Made by a program: the position numbers and the translations under genes
The notes under the pieces: generated by a model
The model's database searches: none
Seen by the model: the letters and a program-made list of their open reading frames with translations, nothing else
Told to the model about the DNA's origin: nothing
From: an uncultured Nitrososphaeraceae archaeon
GTDB taxonomy: Archaea > Thermoproteota > Nitrososphaeria > Nitrososphaerales > Nitrososphaeraceae
Assembly: GCA_963765895.1 (NCBI GenBank)
Contig: CAVXZB010000084.1
Coordinates: 511,656 to 575,655, forward strand
DNA length: 64,000 nucleotides
Direction of reading: 5' to 3'
Part shown: in pieces, positions 46,355-59,035 of the stretch
How positions within the stretch are numbered: the first letter of the stretch is position 1
Layout: each line of letters begins with the position of its first letter

Positions 46355-47666
46355 CTATTTAGCAGTGGAGTTAGAAGTTGGTGTAGGATTAGCAGCCAGC
46401 CGTGCGGCAGCTGCATGATTTGTAAATCCAGAATGAGCTGCCAGCCATGAATAAAGATCTGCTAATACATACTGCTGAATCGGTCCATTTTCAGTCTCCC
46501 ACTGAGATGAAGGATAGAACAGATGTCCTAGATTGGGATATGTGATCAATGTATGATCGGGATGATTTACTTCAGTCAGTCTTTGTTGCATGAGAAACGC
46601 TTGTTGGACTGGAGTATCAGTATCATTTTCCCCATTGAGCAGTAGAACGCTAGTAGAATTAGGTACATTACCTATGATATTTAATGTTGGTACAAGACTA
46701 AAGTGTGACCTATACCATACAGGACATCCTTCAAGACTTACATTTGGACTTGTTGAAAGCTGTCACGTTTTCATATGAATTTACTAGTGCGGGTTTAAGT
46801 TGTTTGTCAATATCTACGTAACCTGGTTTAGTGGTATTATTTCTGAATTTGTTTAAGAGATGATTGGTTATAACTTTAGTATCATTGGTACGTAAAAGGG
46901 TAAGCAAGACTGAAGATGGTACAAATATATGACTCAGCACAGGATCCTTTGCTATTTGCTGTATTGATATCAGTCCAGTATGATTTTTATCCAATACTTG
47001 CCTAGCATACGTTTCTGGTATGGATACCACTTGATAGCGGAGTAGATCTCGAAGGTTCTGAGCTACCGTGCCCATAAGTATAATGTTCTTCACCTTCGTC
47101 GGATTATCTATTGCTATTCTGGGAGCAATAGCCGTACCTTCGCTATGACCAATTATACTTATTTTCTTTGGATCTACTTCAGGTTGAGTTGTAAGTACAT
47201 TCATAGCTTTCTCTGCGTCATGAATTAAATCATTGATAGTAGAATTTCCCCATACGTTCTGGTTAATTGTAAAATTTGCACCTATGCCTCTCTTATCATA
47301 TCTAAGTACAGCAAAACCTCTTTCTGTTAGATATTTAGCAATTTGCCAAAGTGGTGTTGGTGGTTTAGGTCCATTTTTGTGAATAAATCCCAAAGTTCCA
47401 TTCTTATCATTAGCACCTGACCCGTGAATAAGAAGAACACCAGGAAATGGACCTTTACCTACAGCAGGATAAGTTAGTTGAGCCTTAGTCTTTACACCAT
47501 TTCCTAAATCTATTACTAGATTTCTATATTTTATTGTCGGAATGTAGTGTTGAGCAAGTGCTTTTTCCTGTTGGTTGAAAGTAATGGTAGAAGACAAACA
47601 AGATAATGCAAGTATACAGACTAATAATAATCCCAAAGGCAGCATTGAGCCTTTTGTTCTAATCAT
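46355..47666 (-). CDS. Secreted alpha/beta hydrolase, paralog 1; frameshift near 46735
   Basis: Signal peptide, LLIHGSG, RYDKRG, GHSEG nucleophile elbow, NGEND, YPNLGH. Confidence 0.88.
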
Positions 47667-47756
47667 TATGCCTTATAATATCCAGCTTGTATTTTAGGTT
47701 TGATAGCCTGCCCAGGAAGTGTGTTATAAAGAATATCGTTTGTTAGCATATGACGT

Positions 47757-47955
47757 CGTCTACACCTAGCACACAGCGTTTTCGATAATATTTATAACCT
47801 GGCACCACTCCTATCTTATTATAACGCTTTTTCCGGGATAATTATGCTGGATGTGTTAAAAAGTCTGATGTTGTCTGATGTGTTAAACGCGTTGTGTATT
47901 AACAGAATTAGTGTGTTAATTTGCATCGATTAGCTGATACTATCTATACTTATCA
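47757..47955. repeat. Dispersed ~200-bp non-coding repeat, copy 2
   Basis: Aligns with 36530-36725. Confidence 0.85.
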
Positions 47956-48024
47956 ATCTATAGAATAGGCAATTCTGCTAAGTTCACCAGTCATGATAGT
48001 TTTACCTATCAATAGTATCAATTA

Positions 48025-48200
48025 GTCATGAGTAAGTTTGGATAATTTTAATAGCTCTGATTTGAGAGCCTTAGGATCTTTATACTTTATACGATATCCT
48101 ATTGATTCCAAACGTGCATTCTTTATTTCAGGATGCAGCCTACACCAAAAATATCCTTGCTTTTTCACATTCACATGGGCTCTGGCCTAAATCATGTTTT
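48025..48200 (-). pseudogene. 3' remnant of a hypothetical protein
   Basis: GYFWCRLHPEIKNARLESIGYRIKYKDPKALKSELLKL reads as protein-like; upstream is broken. Confidence 0.4.
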
Positions 48201-49387
48201 GAGAGTGGTCCAGAAACATACCGATAAGGAAGGATTCCAGCATTGCCTTGATCTGCTAGAGTCTGTCTTTGAGCAATAGCAAGAAATGCTTTTGACCTGT
48301 CAGAGTACGATGGTTTAGCACAAGTGCAATATTTTTGGTGTACTAAATGGTAATTTTGATTGCCATGGGTAGGTAGTAGCAATCAGTGAATGTGAACCAA
48401 CAACTCATGTATAATAGTAACTTTATAAAGTACAAAGGCTAGTCCAATTGAATTAATACCTTAAATCCTGATATCATAATCTATCATCCACAACATTTTT
48501 CATTGTTGTCACAATTACAATTATATGGTTCCCCCTCCGGTATCCTTTAAGTCTCCTTATTTTTTGAATTTACAAGACCAAAGACCGATTGAGATTAATG
48601 GATGATATTCATTTGTATAATAATAGTTCTAGCTTCTAATCTGTCAGTATAAATTTTCTGAATTCGTCCATTATACCATGGTAATTACATGCTGCTGATT
48701 GAGCTCAGATATAAAAGGACTGTTGTAGGGACTAATGCTTACAGTCTTTAGCTTCAGAATATACTATTCCTAATTTGTTGAGCGGCATATAACGACTGTT
48801 GCAGGGACTAATCTATCAAGGTACTTATAACTTTTCTCTTCCTAGCTATCCTACGAGTAATCAAATTAATTCATTTTTTTAGTGTAAAAAGTGTAAAAAA
48901 GAAGCCGTAATTTTTCAAGATAACTGAGAGTATTGTCTAGACTGCTGGAACGACCTAACGCATCCAGATGTCTCGCGGCCTATCAAGCTGATATAACCGC
49001 TGTCAAGTCTGTTAATGGGTCGGGTACCGTTGTCGAGGAAAAATATATTTGGAAGAGGAATACGAAATCACATACGACTAACAAATCATACTTGGTAATA
49101 TTTCCTTTGGCTTTCATAATTTTATTTAGTCCATCTATGATCGCTTATGGGATTTCCTCTACACCACAACTTTATCTCGAGGACTCTTCACCCTACGGTA
49201 CGCCTTACGTTCTTTCATTCTTCAGTACGAAAACGTGAATAACACATTTAAGTGACACATCTGTAAGTTAGTAACTAATTATCTCCTTGTTGTTAAACAA
49301 GCTCTCCTTTTGATGATTGTTTCATATACTGGAGTCATTGTGATCTTGATATGGCAATGAACCGATATTTCGAAGCCGATTATAGAT

Positions 49388-49882
49388 ATGTCTGAACCAT
49401 CCATAAAGTATACAATACGTGATATAGAAGAAACTGATATTAAAGTTGGTGGATTATTAGAGGTACTAGAGAATTTGGCTCCAGTTGGAGGTCTAACTAA
49501 ACCAGCCGCGATGACAATATTGAAGGAGATAAAATCAAATTTACTTCACAGAATATATGTTGCAGTAGTTAACGAGGTCATAGATAGAAGTATGGTAGTA
49601 GGAACAACAACGCTACTTGTCGAACCAAAATTCATCTTCGGTGGAGGACGAGTAGGTCACATCGAAGATGTGGCAGTGAGGGCTGGTTATCAGAGGAGAG
49701 GCATTGGGTTTAAGCTAGTAAAGTACGCTACCGAACAAGCAGAGCTAATGGGTTGCGTAAGAACAGTACTAGACTGTTCAGATGAGAATATCCCTTTCTA
49801 TGAAAAAATTGGTTATTCATATCATAGTAATACTATGAAAATTCAGCATGATAAAGATATGGTACATAAGCGTAACTTATGA
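49388..49882 (+). CDS. GNAT N-acetyltransferase (glucosamine-6-phosphate acetyltransferase-like)
   Basis: LLVEPKFI.GGGRVGHIEDVAV..GYQRRGIG, GCVRTVLDC..ENIPFYEKIG. Confidence 0.9.
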   Translation: MSEPSIKYTIRDIEETDIKVGGLLEVLENLAPVGGLTKPAAMTILKEIKSNLLHRIYVAVVNEVIDRSMVVGTTTLLVEPKFIFGGGRVGHIEDVAVRAGYQRRGIGFKLVKYATEQAELMGCVRTVLDCSDENIPFYEKIGYSYHSNTMKIQHDKDMVHKRNL

Positions 49883-50177
49883 ATTTCATATTCCAGATCT
49901 CCCATGTACTTTTGCTTACCTATAAGAAACGTTTTCTTCTAGTAGGAAATGCAACTAGCGGCTTACGAAAAGTTACAAACTGGAACCAAACTGCATATCT
50001 CTACTCTTTTATCTAGGCTCTGACGTCGTAATATATGGAATCCTAAATTATTAATTGGATTATGCCGTTGATGCACATGCATTGAATTCCTTATTCTCAT
50101 CAATAGTGTGAAGTCACACGTAATGTTTATAGATATTATGAACAAATGAAATAATTGCATAGGGGGGATAACTATAA

Positions 50178-51064
50178 TTGGGATTATTTAATGACTACAC
50201 TGACATAGAACATAAGGTGAAAACAGAACCATGTAAGCATGAGTTATCTCTTAGCGTAGTTATTCCCTTTCACGCTGGAAGTGATATGCTTGCAAAAACT
50301 GTCACAAGTCTGACTCAACAAACTTATCCAAAAGATCGAACTGAGGTCATTATAGCAGTTGATGCCAATTATGACGATGCAAAATTCATCACAAAACAGT
50401 ACGAAAGAGAAATAGACATAAAATTGGTAACACTTTCTAACAATGGCTGGGGGGCCGAAGCTCTAGAAATGCTGGGATTTATGTATCTAGGAATGACGTT
50501 ATTGTCTCTCTTGACTCGGACATGATATGTCCTCCAAATTTCCTAGAGTCGCACATGGTCTGGTTTCATAAATCAGCTAAAATTGCAACGATCGGACCTA
50601 AGAAATTTGTGGAAGCTAGCGAAATAGAACCTGCTGAGATTGTTCGCAACTTCACATTGATATCGTCACTCCCAGAGATCCATAGTGTTTCAAATAATTT
50701 AATAGGTTCTCGTAAAGACAAGAGAATCCCCGAACTTGAACAACTAAAGATTCACCCTTTCCCAAGCAATTGTTTTCATGGAGGAAATGTAGCATATTGG
50801 CGTGAAGACGCTCTCGATGTTGGACTGTGGGATGAAACTTTCAACGGTAATTATGGTTATGAGGACATAGAATTTGGACAGCGTCTGTTTGAAAAAGGTA
50901 CAAAGCTAGTTCTCGAATGCGATGCGATAACATATCATCAGGAGAGTAATTTTGTTTCACGTAATAAACGACGTAAGGGTTTGTCTATTAATAGAACAAA
51001 ACTTTATGAACGTTATCCTGCACTTGGAAGATTCCGAAGAGATATTCTAGGGTCAGCCCAGTGA
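50178..51064 (+). CDS. Glycosyltransferase family 2; frameshift near 50455-50465, at or just after a G-run
   Basis: SVVIP, EVIIAVD, RNAG...SLDSD (DxD) in the next frame, VGLWDETF..YGYEDIEFG. Confidence 0.88.
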
Positions 51065-51491
51065 CTTTATGAATGAATCTTTTCAGTTACTCGAATAACC
51101 ACTTATTTTTTGAAAAGTCGAGGCAAGTGTAAATTATTGTTTATTGAAAGGACCACTTATAGAAATGTACGTTAAGATGGACTGAACTTATTCACAAATA
51201 CTACTACAAATGAAAACAGATATCCAATTACCTCTACTATCGTCAAAAATGGATCAAAAGAAAAATCCTTAATGTCCATATTCCACATAGTCTTTAATTC
51301 AAGTACGATTCATGACTTTCCTTGGATAATGTATCTGTCTTGCTCCCAATTTTCTCTCTTTTCTCTCGATATGGTGGCAGCTGTAGCAAAAAACAGCAAT
51401 TATGTATGTAGTAAATAGAATTCTGTTATTACACAGCTGTTACAGTCTTGGAGAGGTTCGTAATAGAATAACTTCTGTTATACTGGTTAAA

Positions 51492-52097
51492 TTATTCTCC
51501 TTCTACCGTTGCAATAGAAGCTTCAATTTCAGGCCAAAGTTGTGCAACCATATCAGGCATATTTGTTTTAATCCAATCAGCCATAGTTCTTTCTTCAGAT
51601 AGGTTTTGTAATAGAATATCAATTGCATTAGTTGCATTCATTCTCTCTGCTAAATGCATAAGCATATCATAGAATATGATCTCAGCATTCTCTACTATTG
51701 CATCCTCCTTAACTGAGCTTAGCTCCGACTCTGCATCGGTCATCGTTCTTCCGAATATGTTTGTTAATGATTTGGGAGGAGTAGAAATTGGCAATCGTGC
51801 TTTATCCTTTGTAGGTGCATTTTTTTGACCATTACCAAGATCTAAAATCAATTGCTTTAGTCTATCCTGCTGCCCTTTTGTCTCGTCTAAGTGCACTTGA
51901 AGTCGTTTTCTTACATTTTCTATCCTGGTCTGTTTAATTCGTGACTGGAGTCTTTGTACTGGAGCATTTTCTATAGCTAAAGCTTCATTTAAGTGTAGAA
52001 TAAGTTTCTGATTGGGCGTAAGTCTTTTTCCTTTCCTTTTTGTGAATGTGGGAGCATTACTTTTTTTTCTCGTTTTAGAGGTTCTTTTTTTCGCCAT
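51492..52097 (-). CDS. Ferritin-like DUF892 (YciE/YciF) family protein
   Basis: LNEALAIEN, HLDETKGQ..RL, ENAEIIFY, NLSEE..MADW. Confidence 0.85.
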   Translation of the reverse strand: MAKKRTSKTRKKSNAPTFTKRKGKRLTPNQKLILHLNEALAIENAPVQRLQSRIKQTRIENVRKRLQVHLDETKGQQDRLKQLILDLGNGQKNAPTKDKARLPISTPPKSLTNIFGRTMTDAESELSSVKEDAIVENAEIIFYDMLMHLAERMNATNAIDILLQNLSEERTMADWIKTNMPDMVAQLWPEIEASIATVEGE

Positions 52098-52624
52098 CTG
52101 GCTATTATTGACCTTGCCTGCATATATTGATTACATTTAATGGAACACTGCTATTGTTAATAGTTACTTCTGTGTTGTCGCCATGTGAGTAATGCCTCGC
52201 ACAAGAATATTTTCCCGATAATTTCTATAAGTCTAGGACATTTCTAACAGAAAGTGAACTAAAAGATAGTGATGACCGGACAAAGAAATGGTATTCAGAC
52301 AATGACTAAATAGGGTTTAGCATTCTGCTAAAATAGGCAGCAATGTTCAGCACCAGAATCATATTTTCTTGCTCAAGTATTTGGCGCGACTACTTATAGT
52401 ATCCATGGATCAGAACAATAATGACATCGCTAATGATTTCAGATGTAGGAGTTGTAAACTCATTACGAATTATTTGGTGCGCACCTCATGATAAACAGCA
52501 TACATAAATTTTATAATCATTCTCTATGTATACCGAGAGGCCAGTTGGAGGAGTATTGAAATCTTCTTTTTTCACTTGATCCTGTAGTATGTCCACAAAC
52601 AGATATAATACTATTAGTTCTTCT

Positions 52625-53250
52625 AGCTAACCACTTCTGATGCTGTTTCTAATTTTTGACCCAATAGCATTCCAGTATATGCAAAATTATCATTCATTAT
52701 TGCATCAGTATATTTTGGAAAGGCGGAACTATCAATACAAGAACCATGCATTGGAAATACCATCTTAGGAGAGAGTAATAAGTCTCTTGGTTGTTTGTCT
52801 TACTGGTTCTTCGCTTGCAAATATTCCTGCTCCTCTATAAAGGTTAACCATATACTTTGAGAGATCGTCAGATCTCACAGGACTGTTATCTCCTGGCTGT
52901 ACAAACAAGTCAGATGGAAAAAGTGACTTTGTAGTTTCCTCGAAAACCATCATGCTATCCCACTGATGGACATGTGGAGCACACGATTGTAATGCCTTCC
53001 CAGGTCAAACACATTTCAACTGATGGTATGTGGTATTCACAAGCATGTGGATTCCTTAACGTGGAACATCACATACATTCTTCAATAGAAAAAAGTTTCA
53101 TTAAAAGGATGATACAGGTACATAAATTATAGGATTGAATGTTTGGACGATTATTTTCCATGTAGAAAAAAACTGCAAATTGAAGCATGTACAAAAATGG
53201 TTAAACCTCTGCATATCACTATAACAAGGAGAAAATATCTAACTTTACAG
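52625..53250 (-). pseudogene. Degraded metallo-beta-lactamase-fold (FprA/ODP-like) protein
   Basis: APHVHQWDSMMVFEETTKSLFPSDLF and VFPMHGSCID fragments; 5' part heavily decayed. Confidence 0.7.
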
Positions 53251-53975
53251 AACCATCCTAGATTTTTATGACCTTAAATACATATTGTTAATTCTATTCA
53301 CCTGAACTGCAACAGAACAAAGGCAAGTTTTCTATGGTCAGATCTAATCCCAATACCGATTACCGAAAAGCCATTTAGTTTGTAAACATTTCAAGGGTCA
53401 TGCGTGGCTTTTTCCAGCTGCTAACCCATTTGAAATTAGGAACTGTAAGTAATTGCAGAAAGATCTGCCTGCCACAGAATTTACATGATCTTTTCGGTAG
53501 GACAGTTCCTTCTGGAGTCGGGGATGAGATAATCAAGCTGCAATAATAGTTTCAAAATATACGGATAAAAATCAGATAGTTACATGGATTCCTGTAGAGG
53601 CAGTCTACTGTTTATTATTGGATAGAGTAAATAAAGACTGACAGGTTATCAAATGGAGTATTTGTCGATGAAAACACAATATCTATTCTGCAGTCTAAGA
53701 AATTATAAGGATATAACACAGATAGAAGCAAAAGTTACTATTGACCGAGGAATAATACTGTTAGAGATGGAGTAGATGGCATAGGTTAACGGACTAGCAG
53801 CAAATTTCTTACTTTCCCATAAAAAGTAATGGGAAGACAGAATCACAGAAATTACTATGTAAAAAGTTATAATATTTCAAATTGGTGCTACCAAGGCAGG
53901 GAGGCCTGATCTTATTTTGCTATAATCACACGGTATTTATCCCGTCCTGAAATATATGAGGAAGAAGGATAAAAA

Positions 53976-54107
53976 ATGATTTGTAATAACTGTGGACATG
54001 AACGCACTTATCATATTAAGGTCTATTCTAGTGAAAGATGTTGGTATAGTTTTGATGACGATGATAAGACGTGTGATTGTACTAAATTCGAAGAAAGAAT
54101 GAAATAA
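53976..54107 (+). CDS. 43-aa Cys/His microprotein
   Basis: MICNNCGHERTYHIKVYSSERCWYSFDDDDKTCDCTKFEERMK. Confidence 0.7.
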   Translation: MICNNCGHERTYHIKVYSSERCWYSFDDDDKTCDCTKFEERMK

Positions 54108-54546
54108 AATGCGAATTATGTAGTAACAACAGCCTCAACCGATCAACAATTAATTGGAGGAGGATTTCGTAGATCCCAAGGCATACAAGCTGTCCCACAT
54201 ACTTTCAACTATAAAACACTGTTTTAAGAAAAAGGAGATTTAGAGATCGAATTAATTTACAAATGCAAAGTCTAAGACTTTACTAGAAATTGATAATCTG
54301 CTAGTTGAGTTCAAGATACTACTCGACTGAAAGTTGGAACCAGAGATTAATCAAGAGAAGAAAGGATCAAAGCGCATAATATAAACCGACTTCCTGCCAA
54401 CAATAGGATTCAATGTATCGACCGAGTTCTCGAAGTGTCGCTGAAAGATTAGCGTGTGTGTCCTTAATCTGTTTTAAACCAGTAAATTGCTTTTCGTGTC
54501 AATATTCAATCCAATATGAAGCCTTATGTATCTGTAGGCCATTATT

Positions 54547-55719
54547 ATGAGTGTGGGTGAACAAGAAAGCGCAGCTTTAAACGTGCTCAAATTAAGGACA
54601 GAAGAATTGACTTTAAAAACAGAGGAATTAAAACAGACAAGTATTTCTCTATTAATTTCAAATAATGCACTGAAATCAGAGGAGGAACAACTAGCCAGAT
54701 TACATGCAGAGTTATTTGAATCAAACCATGAGCTCGCTTCCGTAAACAAACAGGTTTCAGAAACCAACAAAAAGTTTGCACGAACTAATGTAAGGTTTGC
54801 TCAAGTTAACGAAGAACTGTCAGAAGCAAATAAAGAGCTAGCAAGGGTTAACAAGGAGCTTGCTCTAGCCAATGAACAAATAAATGCACACGAGCAGGAG
54901 ACGAAAGATTTTATCAGCATAGCCGCGCATGAATTCAGAACACCTACGCAATCTATCCTAGGCTACTCTGAGTTATTACAAAATATGTTTAAAGAAGAGG
55001 TGCAAAAAGAAGCAATAGGAGGCGAGGACAGCAACAACAGCAACAGCAATAGTGATTGTAAACAGCATGTCACTCAAAATCAAAAGGATATGGCTCTAGA
55101 TGCGATAGTTAGAAACGCGCACAGACTTGAAAGACTAGCAAAGGATATACTTGATGTTACGAAAATTGAAGGTAAGAGATTAACACTTCACAAGGAATGT
55201 TTCGGCCTTAATGAAAAGATAAGGAATGCAATAGCAGATGCCGGGAGCATTCAAATGACAGAATATACCGGTAATGATAACAAGAATATAAAAATAAAGT
55301 TTGAATCAGAAGAAGGAAGGGGAAATGATATTTTCATAGAAGCAGATAGAACAATGATACAGCAGGTTATTCTAAACCTGCTTAGAAATGCAATTAAAAA
55401 TGTAAAGGAAGATGGGATTATAACTGTTATGACACAGGTCAGTACACAAAAGAAAGTGGAAGCAGACGCAAGAAAAAAAGAAGGAGAAGGAGATCTAGCT
55501 GCTGTAGTCAAAGTAAAGGACAATGGTAGCGGAATAGATACTCGTATTTTACCAAGACTGTTCACAAAATTTGCTACTACTTCGTTAGAAGGTGTCGGAT
55601 TAGGTCTGTATATATCTAAACGAATTGTAGAAGCTCATGATGGTAGGATATGGGCGGAGAATAATTCTAACGGTAAAGGAGCTACATTTGCATTTGTTCT
55701 CCCATGTTTGGTTAATTGA
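54547..55719 (+). CDS. Cytoplasmic histidine kinase (coiled coil + HisKA + HATPase)
   Basis: AAHEFRTP H-box, NLLRNAIK, DNGSGI, LFTKF, GVGLGL boxes; no TM segment. Confidence 0.93.
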   Translation: MSVGEQESAALNVLKLRTEELTLKTEELKQTSISLLISNNALKSEEEQLARLHAELFESNHELASVNKQVSETNKKFARTNVRFAQVNEELSEANKELARVNKELALANEQINAHEQETKDFISIAAHEFRTPTQSILGYSELLQNMFKEEVQKEAIGGEDSNNSNSNSDCKQHVTQNQKDMALDAIVRNAHRLERLAKDILDVTKIEGKRLTLHKECFGLNEKIRNAIADAGSIQMTEYTGNDNKNIKIKFESEEGRGNDIFIEADRTMIQQVILNLLRNAIKNVKEDGIITVMTQVSTQKKVEADARKKEGEGDLAAVVKVKDNGSGIDTRILPRLFTKFATTSLEGVGLGLYISKRIVEAHDGRIWAENNSNGKGATFAFVLPCLVN

Positions 55720-55937
55720 TTAACCTAGCCTATTATTATTATAATCAATACGACTAATATTAATCTGATCAACGTCTCATTCCATAATTATGATATTGTA
55801 CCGGAATTACTAGAACTAAATTTCTGACTACCAAGGGTGTAAATTTCTTTCTGTGAAGCGGTGAAAGAAAAATACCCCTTATAGTGATAATCTGTTAGAA
55901 TGCTACCCAAAGATGCGAGCGCATTACTATCTGGTTT

Positions 55938-57230
55938 TTATTTAGCAGTAGAGTTAGAGGATAGCATAGAAGTAGCAGGCAGGCGAGCCGCTGCAGCAGC
56001 ATGATTTGTAAATCCAGAATGGGCTTCAAGCCATGAATAAAGATCTGCTAATACATATTGTTGTATAGGTCCAATTCCAGTTGTCCATTGAGATGAAGGA
56101 TAGAATGCATGACCCAGATTGGGATATGTTATCAACGTATGGTCAGGATGATTTACATCAGCCAGTCTTTGCTGCAAGAGAAACGCCTGTTGAACTGGAG
56201 TCTGGGAATCATTTTCTCCATTGAGTATTAGAATGCCAGTAGATTTAGAGACATTACCAATGATGCTTAGATTCGGCGCCAAACTAAATAACGATCTAAA
56301 CAATATAGGGCAGACTGCAATACTATTGCATTTGAGCGAATTGAAAGCTGTAATATTTTTATATGCCTTTATCAATGAAGGATTAAGTTGTTTATTGATA
56401 CTTATGTAATCACTAGTACCAAAAACCTTTACTAGAGTGTTGGTTATGTCTTTGGCATTATTAGTACGCAAAACAGAACCCAACACCAATAAGTTCCTTA
56501 ACACAGGAGCCTTTTCTATTTGCTGTATTGATATCAATCCAGTGTGATTCTTATCCAATACTTTTGTAGCGTACTCTGAGGGTAAGGATACGTCTAAATT
56601 GTACTCTGCTACTGCAGGGTTCAGAGCTAAGGTGGCCATAAGTATGATGTTCTTTACCTTTGTCGAATTATCAATTTCCACTCTCGGAGCGTAAAGTGTA
56701 CCTTCGCTATGACCAATTATACTTATCCTTTTAGGATCTACCTCATGCTGTTGTATAAGGACATTCAATGCTTTCTTACTATCTTGAATTAGATCATTGG
56801 CTGTAGAATTTCCCCATACATTTGTGTCCAAAATAGTTTTATTCGCACCAACACCCTTTTATCATCTCTAATTACTGCAAAGCCCTCTTTCAGAGAGATA
56901 TTGGGCTATCTGCCAAAGTGGTGTAGTTGGTTTAGGGCCATTCTTGTGAACAAATTCCAATGTTTCATTCTTATCATTAGCACCACTTCCATGGATAAGT
57001 AAGACTCCAGGAAATGGACCTTTGCCCACTGCAGGATAAGTCAGCTGAGCCTTAGTCTTTACTCCTTTTCAAAGATCTATTACTAAATTTCTATATTTTA
57101 TTGTCGGAATGTACTGTTGAGCTAGTGCTTGGTGTTGTAGGTTGAAGATACTAGTAGATATACAAGAAAATACAAACATAGCAATCAAAAATGATCCTAA
57201 AGGCAAAGTAATGATTCTTGTTCTGATCAA
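55938..57230 (-). CDS. Secreted alpha/beta hydrolase, paralog 2; frameshifts near 57070 and 56860
   Basis: Collinear with paralog 1 from MIRTR..LPLG to SNSTAK; GHSEG, NGEND, YPNLGH. Confidence 0.88.
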
Positions 57231-57479
57231 TTTATTATGTCTTTTAATATCCAGCTTGTATTTTAGGCTTCTGAGGTTGCCCCCAGATACGTGTTATAAC
57301 GAAAATCAGTCGTAAAAATGTAGGCTTTATTATAGCAGAACTGGCGCAGAATTCGGGTCTTACGTATGTAATGTTGTTTATATCTGCCAAGGCTATCTAT
57401 TATCACATGTTAAGGTAAAGCGAAAATATCATGGCAAGTATTTACCTAAACTATAGATAACATTATATTTATCAATAGG

Positions 57480-57636
57480 GTATTCAGGATATATTAGAAA
57501 ACATAGCATATGTGAGTATTGGATTTGCAACTGCTTTAGTGGCACTTGAAGCGAGCTTGGCACTTCACAGCCTGCAAAATTAAAGACAAATCAATAAAAC
57601 CCTGTTTATACAAACAAATTGGATTAGTATCATAGA
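57480..57636 (+). pseudogene. Small membrane protein, frameshifted
   Basis: IAYVSIGFATALVALE / AWHFTACKIKDKSIKPCLYKQIG. Confidence 0.45.
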
Positions 57637-57949
57637 TGTAGTAGGTCCTTGTAATTGAGTATAATCAAAATTGACCCACGAATCTCATGGTATAGTGAAC
57701 ACGAACCTTTTTTTACGTTACCAACAGATTTATTGCTAAATGAACAAAATCCCACAGGTGCTGATAAGTTTTATCGCTTGTTAAGCTCACTTGTCTTGTC
57801 TTTTACATTTGTAGATTATATTGAAAGATATGTAGATAATGTTAGTAACATTAGCTAAAAACTACTCTTCTTATCCAATTTTGGAAAATAGATAGTTTAT
57901 TTCGTTATTTTTATAGTAACGGTGATGATGATTGTCTTCATCAACATTA

Positions 57950-58450
57950 TCTTTCCGAGTCTTCTTCTCCCTCTCCTACCGATTCTAATTACCTACAAAA
58001 TCAAGGATCAAATTTAGCTGCTAGCATAGAAATAGAAACGAAAGAACAACCACAACCAAAATCACCATTTACCAAAAGGATACTTGTCATAGATGATGAT
58101 CCTGATCTTACATTAACTTTCAAAGCGGGTTTAGACCGTCATTATTACAATGACAAGAAAAGATTTGAAGTATACACATATAACGATCCTTTATTAGTAT
58201 TGACACAATTCAAACCACATTTTTATGATCTTCTTCTAACTGATATTTATATGCCAAACATGAATGGCTTTCAGTTATGTGAGAAGATATTAGAATTAGA
58301 TGTTAACATGAGAGTATGTTTTATGTCTGCATTAGAAGTAAATGTTGAAGCTCTAAGAGAAGTATATCCTAATGTAGGTTTTGGATGTTTTATCGAAAAG
58401 CCAGTTACAATAGAATATTTAATAAAAGATTATCAGCAGAGTTAGATTAG
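57950..58450 (+). CDS. Stand-alone response regulator receiver; start and last codons disrupted
   Basis: ILVIDDDPD, LLLTDIYMPNMNGF, FMSA, FIEKP in one frame beginning well upstream of the listed ORF. Confidence 0.85.
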
Positions 58451-58710
58451 TTGGATAGAAGCTTCGTATCTTAATAAAACGCGCGCATTTTGCGAACATT
58501 TGCTGCTCTTCTTCTATATTGTACATATCGATCGGCCTAACTCCATTTTCATATTGTTCTTAGACTTGAGGACTCAATCCGTAAACATTGTGTAACTGAG
58601 GGGAACGTGAATTTACGCGCTCACTTTTCCCGTAAGCCTCGTGATAATATCACTTGTGGGTTAGTTGATTGGATTGCTGGGCAAATCCTTTCTAATTGGG
58701 TAATGTGCAA

Positions 58711-58834
58711 CACCCGGGATACCCTGGATAATTTCGAATTCTAATATAACTCTCACATTAGTCAACCCTTTTTTGTATATACATACATCCAAATTCTCCT
58801 GTAGGGGTTGGAAATAACCCGGGTATCCCGGGTG
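58711..58834. mobile_element. Inverted-repeat-bounded ~124-bp element, copy 2 (opposite orientation)
   Basis: CACCCGGGATACCC...GGGTATCCCGGGTG; interior matches the reverse complement of 34435-34556. Confidence 0.75.
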
Positions 58835-59035
58835 CAATTATAACACAATCTAATGCAACTCATGCTATATATAGCAGGGCGCCCGATGGCTTGTTTTTAA
58901 TAATGTTAAAAGAGCTACTGATATTACCGTCTTGTTCAAAAGTAAGTTTCTTTTTACTAGTTACGGTGCGTCATACCGACTAAGTTAGGCGTTACTACTG
59001 TATTTAAAATAATGTACTTACCTAATGCACATTAT

